Below are positions 24,067-36,921 of a stretch of 64,000 bases of DNA, piece by piece. Location: NCBI GenBank assembly GCA_010093705.1, contig MU006121.1, forward strand, positions 62,001 through 126,000. Reading direction: 5' to 3'. Position numbers and translations under genes: made by a program. The notes beneath the pieces are model-generated. The model ran no database searches. It saw only the letters and a program-made list of their open reading frames with translations, and was not told where the DNA came from. The DNA comes from Patellaria atrata CBS 101060. Taxonomy: Eukaryota. Numbering within the stretch: the stretch's first letter is position 1; every line of letters begins with the position of its first letter.

Positions 24067-24957
24067 ATGGCTACACTTGCTCCGAATGGAAATGTAGCAA
24101 ACCCTCAATCTCCAGTCCCCCTTGATACTATTCCCATTTCACCTGCTGGTGGATCTTCTCAGAATAACGCCTCTTATGCTGAATCTGAATCGGTTACAGT
24201 GTTCCATGATCCCGACAACTTTAATGTCAAGCATCCACTCATGAACACTTGGACACTGTGGTTCACGAAGCCTCCAAGCGGAAAGGTCTGTCACCTCTTC
24301 TAGCATTGATTGCAAACAGGCCAAGTGACTAATACCGTGTAAAGGGCGACAACTGGAATGAGCTCCTGAAGGAGGTTATCAGCTTTGACTCAGTCGAGGA
24401 ATTCTGGGGAATCTACGTACGTCCTAACGTCCTTGTTGGACCATCAGTAGCTGACTTTCCTTTCCTAGAACAATATCACGTCTGTTTCCGAGCTGGCCCT
24501 CAAGTCCGATTACCACCTTTTCAAGAAAGGCGTCCGTCCTGAGTGGGAGGATCCCCAGAACAAGCATGGTGGAAAGTGGGCATTCCAGTTCAAAGACAAG
24601 AAGCAGATCAACATCGATTCACTTTGGCTTCACGTCATGTTAGCGGCCATCGGAGAAACGCTGGAGGATGAGGGTGACGGTGAGGTCATGGGCGTGGTCG
24701 TGAACGTTCGCAAAGGCTTCTACCGTATCGGCTTATGGACACGCACTGTTGGCAAGCCATTTCCTGGAGGTGGTGATGGCAACAATGCGGGTGGCAAGGG
24801 TCGTAGCGTAGAGCAGGGGAAAGAAGTTCTGCTCAAGATTGGCCAGCGTTTCAAGAGCAGTCTCAACCTAAAGGAAGGCGAGGTCGTTGAGTTCTCTGGT
24901 CATACGGATAGCGCGCATTCCGGCAGCACTCGTGCTAAAGCGAAGTTTACAGTGTAA
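24067..24957 (+). CDS. TIF45: Translation initiation factor eIF4E (cap-binding)
   Basis: KHPLMNTWTLWF, FDSVEEFWGIYNNI, DYHLFKKGVRPEWEDPQNKHGGKW, GVVVNVRKGFYRIGLWT. Introns 24286-24344 and ~24417-24468. Confidence 0.95.
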
Positions 24958-25402
24958 CCTTGGCTATACAATCTGCATAGGGGCCCAGGGACCGGCCGCA
25001 TCTAGGAAGAGTTCTCGGTGATGGCAATCAATAGTAGATGACATTGGTGGTATGATTGGTATGATATGGTTTAGTTCACATATCCAAGGCGTTGCGGACA
25101 TTAGCATCTCTTCTTTTCCTGGCCGGTTCAGCGTCCATCTTATGTCGGGAGGGGCTTTTACTTTTTCTATGGACGGTATATTATGCTTGCAGCATGGCGT
25201 TAAGTGGAGTTACAAGATATGACGATATAGCTTGTGGGCCATTCAGAATTCAAATTCAACTAGAACTGCACGCGGTATCTTCCCTGGATTATCACAATAA
25301 TGGACTCGATACCTACCTGACTTCCCGGTGATATTTCAGTATCATTGGGGTCAAGGGTTGTAAGCCCTCCATAACCGTGACCCTCATCCCATCTTCCAAG
25401 AG

Positions 25403-25467
25403 CTCCTCTCTCCTCTCCTCTCTTCTCTCCTCCCTTCTCTCCTCCCTCCTCTCCTCTCTCCTCTCCC
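25403..25467. repeat. Imperfect (CTCCT/CTCT) polypyrimidine low-complexity tract
   Basis: About 65 nt made up almost entirely of C and T between eIF4E and the DnaJ gene. Confidence 0.85.
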
Positions 25468-25585
25468 ATCCTCTAATTAGGTTAGGATATCAACCTCTTT
25501 GATAAAGATAATGTGGCATAATGTGGCTTTGCCGTGGTGGGCTGTGGCGGTGCTGGCTGGTTAGGGACCTTATGCCGGGATAGTC

Positions 25586-25609
25586 GGGTAAAAATAATTA
25601 TTTTTACCC
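25586..25609. repeat. Perfect 24-bp palindrome
   Basis: GGGTAAAAATAATTATTTTTACCC equals its own reverse complement. Confidence 0.95.
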
Positions 25610-25935
25610 TCAGAGCTGTACCTTTTGGTTGTAACCTAGATAGATGTACGTAAGTCACAAAGGTGCGTCAACATCTTCAGCGCATTTCTACATTATCAAA
25701 GTTAGGTATTGCACTGTAACCGCAGTGTCCTGTGATCCTATTACAGCAGTACGTAACTGCCCTCCTTCGCCCTGCAGGGTTGAGGTTTGATAGAACTAAT
25801 AAGGTATCACCTACGACGTACGTACAGTAAGCCGGGGTTGAATATTTGTATATCAACCAACGCGAAATCCATAAGGTTCCCTCATAGCGGACGCTTTTAC
25901 ACTACCCATCTACTTCCCACTTGAATTTCTCCACC

Positions 25936-27731
25936 ATGGTCGTCGATACTATCTACTATGACGCGCTCGAAGTACCCCCAACCGCCTCTGAGCTCGACAT
26001 CAAGAAGGCATATAGGAAACTGGCGATAAAACTGCATCCCGGTAAGTCGTTACCCGCATTCTACTTAAAGGCGGTCGTCTGACTCTGGAGTATAGACAAA
26101 AACCCTGGCGACGAAACAGCGCACGCTAAGTTCCAAGCGGTACATCTAGCTGACAACTTACCTGAAATGACACATACTGATTACGTTGGGCAGATCGGGG
26201 AAGCATATCAAGTTCTGAGTGACAAGGACCTAAGACGAAATTACGATCAGTATGGCAAGGAGAGGGCGGTACCGCATAGCGGGTTCGGTGGGTTATGTGC
26301 TCAAGGTCGGAAAATACACTGCTGATGCACGCACAGAGGATCCAGGAGAGTTTTTCCAGATGATCTTTGGCGGTGATGCATTTGTCGATTGGTACCATAC
26401 CTGACTTTACCATCAAAGCTACACATTCTCACAGATCGGTAGGATAGGTGAAATTTCGCTCATGAAGGACCTCACCAGAACTATGGATATAACCACGAAG
26501 GAGATGGAGGAAGAGCAACAGGCTCAGGCTGCTGCAGAAGGCTCGGCGAGTACCGAACCCACAACCGCAGCAGCCGCACCTCCCACACCGAGTTCCCAAC
26601 CCGCAGCGCCTCGTGTCTCTGTGGAGACGCCGGATCATACATCACCCCGTGTGTTCGGGGAAACACCTGCAGATCATGCACCGCCTCCCGTACCATCCGA
26701 AAAATTCCCCTCACCAACCCCATCGGGCACGAGTACACCGAAGCCTCGGGGTATTCCGATTCGGCCAGCACTTATGGAGAAATCAGAAGAGGACGCCCGC
26801 CTCGATGCTGCAGGCATGACTGAGGCGGAGAAGGAACTCCGTGCCAAAGAAAAGAAGAAGGGCCTCACGAAAGAACAACGCGAAGAACTCGCAGCTTACG
26901 AGCTTGAGCGTAAGAAGATCCGCGATGAGCGGGTGAACAACCTGGCCAAGAAATTAATCGATCGCATATCTTTGTGGACCGAGACGGACAAAGCAAAGGA
27001 CGTCACGGACGCGTTCAAGGATAAGATGAAGCTCGAAATTGAGAATTTGAAGATGGAAAGCTTTGGAATTGAAATCCTGCATGCGATTGGGTATACATAT
27101 CTTTCAAAGGCTACGTCTTTCTTAAAATCACAGAAGTTTCTAGGTGTCTCAGGCTTCTTTTCACGTCTGAAGGATAAAGGCGCGTTGGTGAAAGAGACGT
27201 GGGGAACTATTAGTACCGCCATCGACGCGCAAATCACCATCGAAGAGATGGCGAAAATGGAGGAGAAGGGAGGTGAGGATTGGACAGATGAGAAGAAAGC
27301 AGAATACGAGAAGAAAGTGACGGGAAAGATACTTGCGGCAGCTTGGAGGGGTAGCAAGTTTGAAATCCAAGGTGTTCTTAGGGACGTCGTGGACAAGGTA
27401 CTGAATGATAGGTCGGTCAAATTAGAGAAGAGGGTCGAGAGAGCTCAAGCGCTTGTCATCGTTGGTGAAATGTTCTCCAAAGTAAGTGCTCATTCGTATA
27501 AGCTTGAAGCATGCAAAGGGGGACTCCCACAGCTAACCATATCTGCACTAGGCTGCACGCGATCCTGATGAAGAAGGTGACTTCATGGCATTCGAGCAGC
27601 TTATGGCTGAGGCGGCAGCTAAAAAAGAAAAAACTGATCGTAAGAGTGGAAAGAAAAGGAAAGAGGAGCCGTCATCTACGGAGCAAAATAGCCATCACTG
27701 GTCAAGTGGAGTTGAGAAGGGGACAGTGTAG
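25936..27731 (+). CDS. J-domain protein with DnaJ-X domain (Djp1/Caj1-like)
   Basis: [13 protein letters not shown]...[18 protein letters not shown] (HPD motif), [43 protein letters not shown]. Five introns, stop TAG 27729-27731. Confidence 0.9.
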
Positions 27732-28219
27732 AATAAGAATGTATTTCTTAAGCCAGAGGTAGGGATGACCGTTCTATCTGACAGATTGCCGGACAGATTG
27801 TGGAGTTGGATATAGTAAAGTCATGAAGTGCGTGGATAGATAGATATCACCTCAGTACCCATTTGTAGACTCTATGATGAAGGATCAGCGATAACGAAAC
27901 ATAACTCGGGATATTGGGTCATCTCTCATTAATTTGAAGGGATCTTACTTAGAAGGCTACAATAGACTTTTAGATAAGTTTAGAATATCCTTGGAACACT
28001 ACACTGAAAATAGATGCTTTAAGACTTTCTCATAGCCAAGATCACCTCATGAAGTCGAAGTTGCCCCTTTCCCCCTCCCTTTCTTATTAACTCTCCTCAT
28101 GTTTTCAAACCGTATTTTGTTGTGCTCACAGGTAAAAGCTCCCTAATATCTTTTTAGCAACCTCGGCACCCTTTTTCTATGCCTCTCAATCATCATTACT
28201 CGTACCTTAGCTTATAGCC

Positions 28220-29741
28220 ATGTCTACACTTTCAAGGATAAACGCTTGTTTTCGTTCCAAGGAGGTCATATATATCACTACATTTATAACAGCCTCTATA
28301 TCCGGTCTGCTCCTTAGTAATTGGTTCGGGAGATGGGTCAGATCTCCTGAGACAACAGATCCATCTCTGTATTATCCCCATCGATCAAGTCAGATAATAA
28401 AATCCCCAGCATCATCGGTCTCGCAACATTCGGAGCTGCAGCTATCAGAGCTACCGTATCCGCCAGATGCTCTACGAGGCTTACGAGACGTGGACACGCC
28501 TTATGGCCGAATGCGGTGCTATGAATTCGGCCCAGCGGATGGCAGGAAAGTTCTGTTTCTGCACGGCATTAGTACACCTAGCATAGCACTCGCTCAGGTG
28601 GCCGAGGAATTAGTGGAAAGTGGTTGTAGGGTACTGCTGATGGGTGAGGACTTTCCACTACGTCTTTTGACACACAATTCCCCAGTCCCTACAGTAAGCC
28701 TAGGGTCAGAAACGGCATCTTCAAATTGGGATGCACTCGACCACACATGATAAGCCTTCAATCGGTAGCAGCATTGCCCTTTTGTACTTGTTTCCGCTAC
28801 AAATGTGTAAACTTACCAAAGGTGAACCAGATTTCTTCGGCCGGGGCTGGTCCGATGGAGTCGCCGACCTACCATACGACTCTCGGCTTTACACAACTCA
28901 AATTTTGCTTACTTTAAGCTCTTCTCCTCTGTCGTGGACCGGTAAGGATAACTCCTTCACGCTTGTCGGTTTCTCCCTCGGAGGTGGTCTAGCCGTTGAG
29001 TTCACATCATACTTTCCATATCTGGTCTCCTCGCTCGTCCTCATCGCACCTGGCGGTCTATTTAGACGGGAGCACATCGATTGGCACAGTAAGATCCTTT
29101 ACCAAACAAGGGGCATTCTGCCGGAATCTCTCATTTGCTGGATGGTTGAAAGACGGCTGCGGTATCCAACCCCACTTGACCAGGTCGAATCAACAACTCC
29201 TCATATCGATGCCTTGGCCGTTCCAAGCGCCGAAGTTGGAAATGTGGCTCCAAGTCCCTCATCTTCGGACACAGCTATATCACGGCATACCGGTCACCAA
29301 AGTCCCAACGACCTCTGGTCAACAGACTGGGACCATCGTCCGATGTATCCCGGTAGGCCCCATACGTCCATGGCTAATGTGGTCAATTGGCAGATAGAAG
29401 AGCACGCAGGGTTTATTCCTGCTTTCATCAGCAGCATTCGATATGCCCCCATTCATGAGCAAGACGCGCAATGGAAAATTGTGGGGCGAAGACTGGACGC
29501 GCAGAGAGCGGATCCTTTGGATGACGAGAAAGCACGCCAGGGTTTGAGAGAGCGGAAAGTGCTTATTATATTTGGGAAGAGTGATACAGTTGTGAATCTT
29601 GAACATGTGTCTATGATGGCTAGCTCTGTTTTGGGTAGAGAAAATCTGGAGACTGTTGTCTTAGATGCTGGCCATGATGTCCCTATCTCCAGGGCCAAGG
29701 AGGTTGCAGTAGCCATACGTAAATTCTGGTGTGAACTTTAA
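28220..29741 (+). CDS. Alpha/beta hydrolase with an N-terminal membrane anchor
   Basis: VLFLHGISTP, DFFGRGWSD, nucleophile elbow GFSLGG, GKSDTVV, AGHDVP. Intron 28644-28830. Confidence 0.88.
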
Positions 29742-30035
29742 CGGATATAGGACTTGTTATGAACGGTTAGACGACTTAGAAAGATTTTCGTTCCTGTTCT
29801 CGTTCTTGCTTACTCATTCTGCTTGAAGTAACTAAATCAGCGCTCCTCCAAGTCCTATGTAGTTCATGGATTAGAACAGAAATTTTGTTGTAATATTGAC
29901 ATTAAGGTAGCTCGACACGTATTGAAACGGTGTCACGTGCACGCGCATTTATTGATCTCGCTAACAAATAACGTTACGTTAAAACTGACAGAAAAAATTA
30001 TAAAGTTTTGTATTCTTCCTGCATAGAGCGTTCTG

Positions 30036-32018
30036 ATGTCTTTGTTTGGAGGAAGACCTTCAAATACAAGCGAAGAATTTACCACCGGCCTATCTTCAGT
30101 CGTCCCAGATCTCAGGTATGATGAGTATGAGGAAGAGCGAGGAACGCAAGTGTCCAGCAGCTCGCATAGCGATGTTACCGACAACGACAAGCATGAAAAT
30201 AATCACAACGGCATCAATAAGAAAGTTGAACAAGCCTCAGAAGAGAGCGAAGAGAGCGAGGATAGCGAGGATGAACATGTAACTTCGCGACCCAATAAAT
30301 TCGTGGGGTCGGCGACAGCGTGGCGCTCTTACACAGTTAAAGATCGCGAAGTCGTCGCGAGTTTGAAACAGTTAGAAGCGGATGATCTTGCAATACATTT
30401 GTATAACGCGCATGCATGGAAACGTAGTCTCTACAAGAAAGATGCAAATACCAAACCCGCTAGCTTGTGGGTCAATAAGAGAAAATGGGTGGATAATCAC
30501 ATCTCTCCATCCGGAAACACTGAAAATTGGACACCCGATGAAAAATGGACTGCATGGCCCTTGCAGTCTCACAGGGTTCCAAGAGCAAAGGATAGGTTCG
30601 GCGCCAGAGATGATGGGTTTGACACCTGGACAGTCAAGAGACGAAAGATTGAGAAGCCGAGCGATGAGCTTGATGATCTCATGATAGGCTTAATAGCGAA
30701 AATGGCAAAAGAGAGATTGATATCCAGTAAAATTTCGGGAGACAGCATGATTCAGTTCCACGAGGAGCATAGATCAAGATCAGGATCAAGATCGAGGTCT
30801 AGATCGTTGAGTGTCAGAAGTATGAATACGGGACTGGCGACAGAGAGTGGCCAATATTCAGAGTCGGATACAAGCTCTCTCAGGTCTGTTTCACCTGCAT
30901 CCCAGCTAAGTGTAGAGACTACATCCACAAAGGAGGATAGCAATCGTTCAGACCCGGTTACAGATCATCCTGAGGGCGGGATGAATGATATCTTTGGAAC
31001 CGCCTCCAGTGGTTCTGAGGAGGACACCACCCTTACCCCAACGATCTTAGCCGATGATTATAGAGAGCGTGAGATTTTACAGTCAACCGTTCGATCAATT
31101 CTTGGAGACTTAGACCTTCTTCTCGAAGGTTTGCAGCAATCCAGGAATTACCAGATCAGAGATGCCGCTAGTCCCACTGAAACAGACTCTTCCTCTTCAA
31201 TAAGCGAAGGGAGTCCTACGCGTAAGATCCAAAGTAAATTGAGGAATCCATGGAATGATATAGGAAATACATCAGGAGAAGGTCGAGTGGCGCCTGGGAC
31301 AGCCCGAGGACGTCCTCCGAAACCGTATATCCAGGAGAACAGTGAATCAGGAACAGATTTAGACATGGAAGAGTCAGGCAAGAAAGTGAAGCACGGTGTA
31401 AATCGTGGCGGTAGACCCACAATATATGGAAAACCACGTCCTGGAGAATCCTACTATATGATGCGGAAACGGTTGGCGAGGACTTATCACGATCAATCGG
31501 GGGAACTTTTGGACAGTCCAAATGGAAATAGCAGATCAATGCTGTCCAAACATAGTTCTACTACTTCGGAAGATGAATCCTCATCATCATCCTTAACTAT
31601 GGACACCGATGACTATGAGTCTACATCCAAAGAGGTTATCAAGGACAGGGACCCTGCTAATACTATCCGTTTGAATCCTAGAGATTGGAGCGAGGTCGTT
31701 GGCATGGCAGCTATGAGGGGCTGGAATGCAAAAGTTGTCCAGAGGGCAGCGAAACGCTGTTGCCTCCTCTTTGGTGAGCGAATGTCTTTTCGTACCTTTC
31801 ATGAAGATCTACCGACGACATCCACAGCGCTAGGCTCAGACATCCCTGAACTAGAACAGAGTAGCCACGCGAAAGCACCGATGTTTGGGGGTGTTCATCT
31901 TGATGGCTTTTTGCAAACCATTCGGCGTCAGCATGGCTGGAGAGGCAAAGATGAGCACAAGTCGGACAAAAGAAAGCAGGAGGCGAGGAGGCGGCGGCGG
32001 CATAGAGAACAATCTTAA
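30036..32018 (+). CDS. RRN9: RNA polymerase I upstream activating factor subunit Rrn9-domain protein
   Basis: DLAIHLYNAHAWK...WTAWP block, RDWSEVVGMAAMRGW...RCCLLFGE, MFGGVHLDGFL, AT-hook-like RGRPPK. Confidence 0.7.
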   Translation: MSLFGGRPSNTSEEFTTGLSSVVPDLRYDEYEEERGTQVSSSSHSDVTDNDKHENNHNGINKKVEQASEESEESEDSEDEHVTSRPNKFVGSATAWRSYTVKDREVVASLKQLEADDLAIHLYNAHAWKRSLYKKDANTKPASLWVNKRKWVDNHISPSGNTENWTPDEKWTAWPLQSHRVPRAKDRFGARDDGFDTWTVKRRKIEKPSDELDDLMIGLIAKMAKERLISSKISGDSMIQFHEEHRSRSGSRSRSRSLSVRSMNTGLATESGQYSESDTSSLRSVSPASQLSVETTSTKEDSNRSDPVTDHPEGGMNDIFGTASSGSEEDTTLTPTILADDYREREILQSTVRSILGDLDLLLEGLQQSRNYQIRDAASPTETDSSSSISEGSPTRKIQSKLRNPWNDIGNTSGEGRVAPGTARGRPPKPYIQENSESGTDLDMEESGKKVKHGVNRGGRPTIYGKPRPGESYYMMRKRLARTYHDQSGELLDSPNGNSRSMLSKHSSTTSEDESSSSSLTMDTDDYESTSKEVIKDRDPANTIRLNPRDWSEVVGMAAMRGWNAKVVQRAAKRCCLLFGERMSFRTFHEDLPTTSTALGSDIPELEQSSHAKAPMFGGVHLDGFLQTIRRQHGWRGKDEHKSDKRKQEARRRRRHREQS

Positions 32019-32951
32019 GACGGGACATCTGGTGAAATTGCGTATTTACTACATCTGACCTCAGGAGAAAGAGTAGATGGTATTAGATGTGATCATGGGA
32101 TGTTGCTCCCCTTCGGTAAACCAATGTTCTTTTCATCTTGTACCCACAATGTGGATTTCGCCAACATATAAATGACAATCCGATAGTCTCGACGCTGAAA
32201 TACCCCTTGTCCTCTCTGCATCCTATCCTCCATCATCGTATTGTCACGTTCTATACGCTTTGCTCATGAGCCGGTTGCCGACTTCTTTGTACAAGCCACA
32301 TAAGAAAATATACGAATGATATATAGCCTGACGTGGGATTTGACCGTTTACACAACAGCAACTGATTAATACTGCGAGTCTAGTAGTCTTCCAGTGCTCC
32401 GGGACACCGAAACAATCAGTAATATGCTTTGATATGTTCGGATTGATCGCTAGTCAAACGTGTTCTTAGAGTGCTATCATAACTTAATTTTTCATAAAGC
32501 TGAAACTGGTCTACAAGGTGATAATTCGCTGTCTTAATTTAATACCCACCAGGTCCATAACTTGACTTTATAAAGACATATTAGAGGTCTAAATTTATGA
32601 ATAAGATAGGAATAGCCACATCGAGAAGATGGTTCCCATCTCTGATGTTGAGCAGAACCTCTGCAAGCAGTCTCAGGGGTATGACACAAACGAAAGGATA
32701 CCATCAAGCAAAAGCAATAACACGGAATAATTACTAGTGAATATTAAAGATGCAGATGCATGTTATTCATGTCTGAAGAAGTGAGACGATTGAAGCATTT
32801 CAATTTCTCATGGCCTCACCCCTATTTACCGTTCCCAAGACTTCCGTTCTCAGTCAGGACTATCCTCAAAAATAAAAACTTCTTCTTACTAACTTCCACC
32901 ATATGCCAACTCACAGAGCGAGTCATGCGGACGTATGTGGAGTTCTTCATT

Positions 32952-33400
32952 TTAAAAACAAGCTACAACAGTTTCCATCCCACACTTTCCACCACGATCA
33001 TTGCACACACAATGACGGGACTTTACCCTATTCCGACCGTCTTCAGTGCACATCTAGTGCAATCTGTAAACACTGTTGCTGTATAGAGCATCTTGTATTT
33101 TGTACAAACATCCGGCGTTGGATCGCTGGATGGAAGTATAAGTAGTACACAAGGAGTAAGTTGGACGTCCCTGAGTTGTGGTTTTACAGGGAGGTCCCTG
33201 AAGAAAGAGGTTTCGATATCAAATGAGAGGTAGATGGCAGAGATATTTGAAGGTGATTCAAGCGCTGAAGAGGAGAAAATAGGGTCACTGGTGAGTTCAT
33301 TTGCGATCGTATTGTAGCGGAAGGTTTGTAAGAAGTTATTGTTGTTGTCCTTGTACCTTTTGCCGTGGTTGAGGATTGGCACTCCTGATAGAGTGTTCAT
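32952..33400 (-). pseudogene. Possible decayed gene for a small Cys/Thr-rich protein
   Basis: ...PDVCTKYKMLYTATVFTDCTRCALKTVGIG*SPVIVC... then a frameshifted ...ETVVACF*. Cys spacing resembles small secreted fungal proteins. Confidence 0.3.
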
Positions 33401-33487
33401 GAGCCAACAGTAGGAAAGTACACCATCATACTTTTCAAGGTACCGCTGGGATACTAGATGCTCGCGCCTCCTCTCCCACCTTCAACA

Positions 33488-33502
33488 CCCCCCCCCCCCC
33501 CC
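33488..33502. repeat. C15 homopolymer
   Basis: 15 consecutive C followed by AAGCCCCC. Confidence 0.9.
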
Positions 33503-34591
33503 AAGCCCCCATACACGCATAAAGCCGCTGTCTTTCTGGAGTATATTGATGTGCGTGACAGAGTGATCTTACCACACCAGGACCCAGAGTTCTAGTCACT
33601 AAATGATAAACATGACAATTCATGAAGCATTTAACTGTTCACGTATTGGGATCAAAAGTACACGGAATTCCCCATAAGGCATGTAACGCGTCATCGGGCG
33701 TTGTGGTCTTGAGGACGGGTATATCACACTGATGGAGGATACAATCAAACTAAATCCATTAACTGAGAATTAGTTTGATTCTGGATTATCTTCTGCTGAA
33801 CACCTACCAACTTAGTATCAAAGGTAAAAATAGTCAGGAGAACGAAGTAACGCATCGTTTCTTCTGATTCATGCGTGAATGAAATTTATAAGGGCAGTTC
33901 TATTGGGGAATTGGCTAGATAAATTGCGTAAAAGAAGTTATCGGGTTGAAGATATGCAAAAAAGAAACTGTCAGATAAAGCCCTTTCCCTTTCTTCTCGA
34001 AACTTGACTTAATTCGGAATCATTGGAAACCGAAACTTACCTAACTCATCCATTCAGTTATTCTATGCTTATCCCCCACGTGGTTAGCATTTTAGCCTTT
34101 CTACGGCTTCCGTACGCTTGCAGAGAAACTACTGGCGGACTGATTTATACCGCAGTCTCCCGCTTCAGGTCCCTGTACGATTATGCTCTAGATATGATCC
34201 TGTCCGTCTCGAATTTTCTGTGCGAAGAAGTCAGAAAGCCCTCAAAAGTAGCAGTACGCAACGAATTCCACACCATAATGCTGTTGTACAATTACGGACA
34301 TTACGTACATTCTCCACTTATCTGTGTAGTATAGCTGGAGAGGCTGTTAAGGGTGAGCGTACAGTAGGCAAGGAAGATTACGTCGAGCGAAGGACTATCT
34401 GAATTTGTATTCATTTGAATAACGGCACGGAAAGAAAATAATTATAGAAAAAAAAAATTGAGGGTAATATAGAAGGGAAAGATACATGGTTTCGGTGACC
34501 TACAGAGTACTTCCATATATACCTTTGGAAAGCCTCCCATCGACACACCTTAGAATACTGTATATATTGATCCTTTACCAAGCTAAACACT

Positions 34592-36730
34592 CTATATTCG
34601 CCCCTCTACAATGTCCGCCGTAATCTCAAGTCTGCTGTTAAAGGCTCTCGTCCTTTCTAGGAGACCTTTGCTAGCACCTATACTTCCAACTTTCTCAATT
34701 AGATCACTTAACAACACCTCAGTTGCTGAAAGTCCCTCCTCATTTCTATCATCAGCTATCGCTTTTGCCATACCCCTTTTCAGGGCCATTTCCAGATCCC
34801 ACATGCTCTCATTAACCTGATCTCTTTCAGACCAGGCGCTCATCTTCTCCGCTCGGTTCTTTCTGACCGCGTCCATCTTTATCGCGATCTCTTCCCTTTT
34901 TCTCTTTACTTCTAGGAGTTCATCTCTAAGCCTAGCTTTGGCTTTCACAGCGTCTTTGGCTCGATTTTTGAGAGTCTCGCCCGCATCTACTGCTTCAGTT
35001 ATCTCAAATAGACGATCTTCCAATTCAGCTGCGAACGCCTCGACGGTTGCGTGTTTACGTTTGTTCTCCGCGCGTTGGGCAGGAAGGGCTAGTGTCTGCA
35101 ATTGGTTACGGAGTCGATCGGCTTGATTAGCTATAAGTTCAGACGTGATCTGAGTGAGAATATCAACCGGATTTACAGCCGGGAGTCGCTTTTGTAGCAC
35201 GTAGGGATCATGTTGTAATTCGTCGGAGTCAGCATTAGACGCGACCTCGTCGCCTCCTTGCTCAATTTTACTGTGCTTTGAAGGATCGTACGTCCGCCAA
35301 ACTGTGATTGGAACAGAGTCGTGTTTGGATTTACGCCGTTTAGGCTCTCGCTCCTTAGCCTCGTGCGAGGTCGGCCTAGTTGTAACTCTTATCTTGGTAC
35401 TTGCCGGCTTAGCTGAGGTTGACTTCGGCTTTGCCTGAGATTTCAATCCTTTTACTGCATCTTCACCAGCTCGTAAGATTTTGTTCTGTGTCTTCGACTC
35501 CAAGAGCGGAAGCCGTGCAGCCCGCGGTGCCTGGCCCGGGTTTTGGTGCATATTAGGTTTGGAAATATCATCTTGCGCTCTTATATCCTTCGCAGGATCT
35601 CTAATCTCGTCCGTTTTGCTCAAATTTGGCCTCTTCGTTTTGTTTTGAAGTTGTTTATTTCTCGTAACTCGTTCTTGGATAGGTGATAACTCGTCAATTT
35701 CCTCTTGCTCGACCCCGGGGTCAGGAATGATCTCATTGGTTTTATCTCCAATAGAATGACGGTATCCCTCTGAATTCTGTGTTGCCGTGATCCCTAATCC
35801 GTGTATAGCTAAGACAGAGGTGGGGAAATTGACTACGTTCGTTTTCTTAGTTGAAGACCTCTCTATCCTTCTACTGGAACTCAAACTTTTATTTGATTGA
35901 GTGATTACGGCTCGTGTGTTCCCGACAAGTTCATCTTGCTCGAGTGATGCGACGTCGGTTTCAGGAGTTGATGGTTTATCCGCTGATGTTTCGGGAAGGA
36001 CGTCCGTGGGTATATGCGCCCTTGCTTCGGCCAGACTCTTCCGCGTGGATCCATCAACAAGATTATCGGCTAATTTACTCAGTCCTTCTAGTTCGTCATT
36101 TTCGATGACTGGATTGTTGCTTTGCAACAAAGCGAAGGAAGTCGGCAGGGCCGGGACGTAATTCTGTGGTTCCTCAGTCACCTCTTCGCCTATATTCGTA
36201 AGGCGGTGAGTCCCTATATCATCCACATCCACATTCTTTGGTCCCTTTCTCTTCCTTTTTTTTGTAGGAACCGGTGTGACGAGGGAGTCCTCTGATGCGG
36301 AGGATGGTGTGGAGCCTACCCTGGAACTACTACGCGTTGTACGTGTGCTTCCGGGCGGGTTAGCACTCGCGCTGCGAGTTGAGCGCCTCAAGATAGTTGT
36401 CGGTGTCTTTCTAGCGGACAGTTCTGCTTTTGAAGGTTGGGGGGTCTTGCGAGTTGATCTTTGAGGCGGGAGGGCGGATTGTGGTGTTTGACGTGACGAT
36501 CTCCGCGGTTGTAATGGCGCAGGAGGAGCGCCGAACGTGAAGCCAAATGCTGCATTAGTAATTTCGCGAGTCCTGGCGGATCGATGTTAGATTTCGTGTT
36601 TACTCTTATTTGCGATATCTTCTGACATACCCAGCCCCGCGAACGCGGGCTTGCCGGCGTTCTTGTCGATCTGGCGGGCATTAGTATCGTTTAAGGGTTC
36701 AAAGAAGAGTTGAATACCTCTTGTATCCAT
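34592..36730 (-). CDS. AME1: Inner kinetochore subunit Ame1/CENP-U
   Basis: Two short 5' exons give MDTRDRQERRQARVRGAGTREITNAAFGFTFG, a typical Pezizomycotina Ame1 N-terminus. C-terminal VNPVDILTQI...VEAFAAELEDRLFE coiled coil and LERTRAFNSRLE. Confidence 0.72.
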
Positions 36731-36921
36731 AGAAATGTGGTTATTATTTAAAATTGGTGGTTTGTCGCGTCAGTGGACGGCAGTGTTTGGCTGTGGGGGA
36801 TGTTTTATCAAGGTGACGCGATGTTTGACTGAGGTGGAAGCCAAGACCCTCGACTTCGAACTTGGAGAACCCTCGGCCTCAACGTGCATTTCGCACCACC
36901 GAGTGCTATTCATAAGTCACA

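Noticed and set aside
28644..28830. Possible [D1,2] stwintron in the hydrolase intron (CAG|TAAGCC)
   Set aside because: It would consume the exon G needed for the DFFGRG frame. The ordinary intron fits.
34023..34402. Overlapping short + strand ORFs
   Set aside because: Non-ATG starts, no recognisable domain and no convincing splice structure.
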